DNA of 6,387 nucleotides from a virus (Duplodnaviria; Heunggongvirae; Uroviricota; Caudoviricetes): IMG/VR virus record IMGVR_UViG_2706794666_000010; one strand, 5' to 3'. Shown piece by piece: positions 5,492 to 6,387 of this stretch (position 1 is its first letter; each line of letters starts with the position of its first letter). The notes under the pieces were generated by a model. It saw only the letters and a program-made list of their open reading frames with translations, ran no database searches and was not told where the DNA came from. The position numbers and the translations under genes were made by a program.

Positions 5492-5575
5492 TTATCCCCA
5501 GCGGCAAATCGAATACACCACCAGCGCCACCGCCATCGCAATTCCTACCGTTGTTAATGCTTCAGGCCAGGTCAT
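5492..5575 (-). CDS. 27-codon hydrophobic micro-ORF ([27 protein letters not shown]), not in the supplied ORF track
   Basis: ATG overlaps the stop of the 114-aa gene (ATGA); GGAGG 10 nt upstream; single predicted transmembrane-like segment. Coding status unproven. Confidence 0.3.
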   Translation of the reverse strand: MTWPEALTTVGIAMAVALVVYSICRWG

Positions 5576-5916
5576 CGTAAAATATCCTCCACGCTTATCA
5601 GTCCGTTCCGCTCCAGATAACTCATCGCCTTATCCGGTAATTTGCAGTCTGGCTTCGCTTTCCTCAGTTGCCAGGTTAACTGCTTTACCAGCATGGTTAA
5701 CTCATCGACCAGACGCTGATATCCCACTGGTTTGTATTCATGCAATTTACCGGCTGGCTCTGCTGCCAGCGATACCAGTGCGATTTCCAGAACAGCAATA
5801 TCCATCTTATATGTGCGGATGATGTCATGGTCGATTGTGCCCGGTATGCACAGTCTCTGTGCTTCAATAGTCTCCTCTGCGTGAGCTATTAACTGCTCTC
5901 TGGTAAAAGTCGTCAT
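5572..5916 (-). CDS. Hypothetical 114-aa phage protein; N-terminal domain paralogous to the upstream 55-aa ORF
   Basis: ORF starts with an ATGA overlap to the upstream gene. Shares MTT(F/I)T(R/K)E(Q/R)(L/I) and IAL(V/A)SL(A/E)AEP motifs with the 55-aa ORF. Confidence 0.7.
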   Translation of the reverse strand: MTTFTREQLIAHAEETIEAQRLCIPGTIDHDIIRTYKMDIAVLEIALVSLAAEPAGKLHEYKPVGYQRLVDELTMLVKQLTWQLRKAKPDCKLPDKAMSYLERNGLISVEDILR

Positions 5917-6080
5917 GCCGTAGCCCCTTCTTGATATTTTTCAAACCAGAACACAACCGGCTCTGCTTCCAGCGATGCCAGCGCAATCCGTGCCAGTTCC
6001 ATTTGTTCACCACGGGTAAGCCCGTTTTCAAGCGGGTTTTTAATGAACAATTCAATACGTTCTTTGGTAATAGTGGTCAT
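5913..6080 (-). CDS. Hypothetical 55-aa protein ([55 protein letters not shown]), not in the supplied ORF track
   Basis: AGGAG SD 8 nt upstream of the ATG, which lies 10 nt after the stop of the 76-aa gene; stop overlaps the next start (ATGA); paralogous to the N-terminus of the 114-aa protein. Confidence 0.5.
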   Translation of the reverse strand: MTTITKERIELFIKNPLENGLTRGEQMELARIALASLEAEPVVFWFEKYQEGATA

Positions 6081-6090
6081 GTGTTACTCC

Positions 6091-6321
6091 TTAACCCGCA
6101 GTGCTTTCAACTGATGAGGGGAACAAAATCTTTTCATCAAACCCTGCATTCATATCATGAACAGCAACACACCAATCCATCGACGAACGATTATCAAGAG
6201 CCTCCATGATTTCATCCATGCGGCGTAGGTCATACAGGTAAATGCTTTTATCGCCAATGGTGTAAAAGCCAATTTTTTTCGGTGATGGATGAGGTGTACT
6301 GGCAATAGCGGACACTACCAT
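6091..6321 (-). CDS. Hypothetical 76-aa protein; 5' end and upstream region lie in the right inverted-repeat arm
   Basis: ORF from the track, first gene of a tightly packed run; no recognisable motif. Confidence 0.55.
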   Translation of the reverse strand: MVVSAIASTPHPSPKKIGFYTIGDKSIYLYDLRRMDEIMEALDNRSSMDWCVAVHDMNAGFDEKILFPSSVESTAG

Positions 6322-6387
6322 TTGTTCTTTTTTTAAGCAGCCATCTGATGATATTTTTCCCTGAAGGCTGCCGGGGAGATATTCCCC
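6290..6387. repeat. Right arm of the perfect 98-bp inverted repeat (partner 1..98)
   Basis: Exact reverse complement of 1..98; contains the start codon, first 10 codons and 66 nt of upstream sequence of the 76-aa gene. Confidence 0.9.

Noticed and set aside
5864-6209. ORFs 5864..6055 (-) 63 aa and 5931..6209 (+) 92 aa
   Set aside because: The minus-strand ORF is an off-frame overlap of the better-supported 55-aa gene (which has an SD and ATGA coupling) and is Trp/Arg-rich; the plus-strand ORF is antisense to the small-gene run.
1-6387. CRISPR array, insertion sequence or transposase, integrase, attachment site
   Set aside because: No short direct repeats with regular spacers, no transposase- or integrase-like ORF, and no short terminal inverted repeats bounding a transposase; the 98-bp inverted repeat carries a gene start and is not IS-like.

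Overview
The window reads as the Q-proximal part of a lambdoid (Qin/Stx-phage-like) prophage, with essentially all genes on the minus strand. In transcription order (high to low coordinates): three tightly packed small genes plus a 27-codon hydrophobic micro-ORF (6321..5492), a complete-looking hok/mok type I toxin locus with its own promoter and terminator (5484..5024), a 93-aa hypothetical gene, a long DUF968-like gene translationally coupled to a Q-like antiterminator with DnaJ-type zinc-finger repeats, a promoter/terminator region, a beta-class DNA methyltransferase, and a tRNA cluster (CAU ileX-like, Arg-UCG, and a third tRNA running into the mask). Two N-runs (280..543, 3383..3648) hide about 530 nt. 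The window is bounded by a perfect 98-bp inverted repeat, and it carries 10 Chi octamers. No integrase, transposase, CRISPR array, stx or lysis genes are visible. All functional calls come from motifs and synteny read by eye; no database search was run.
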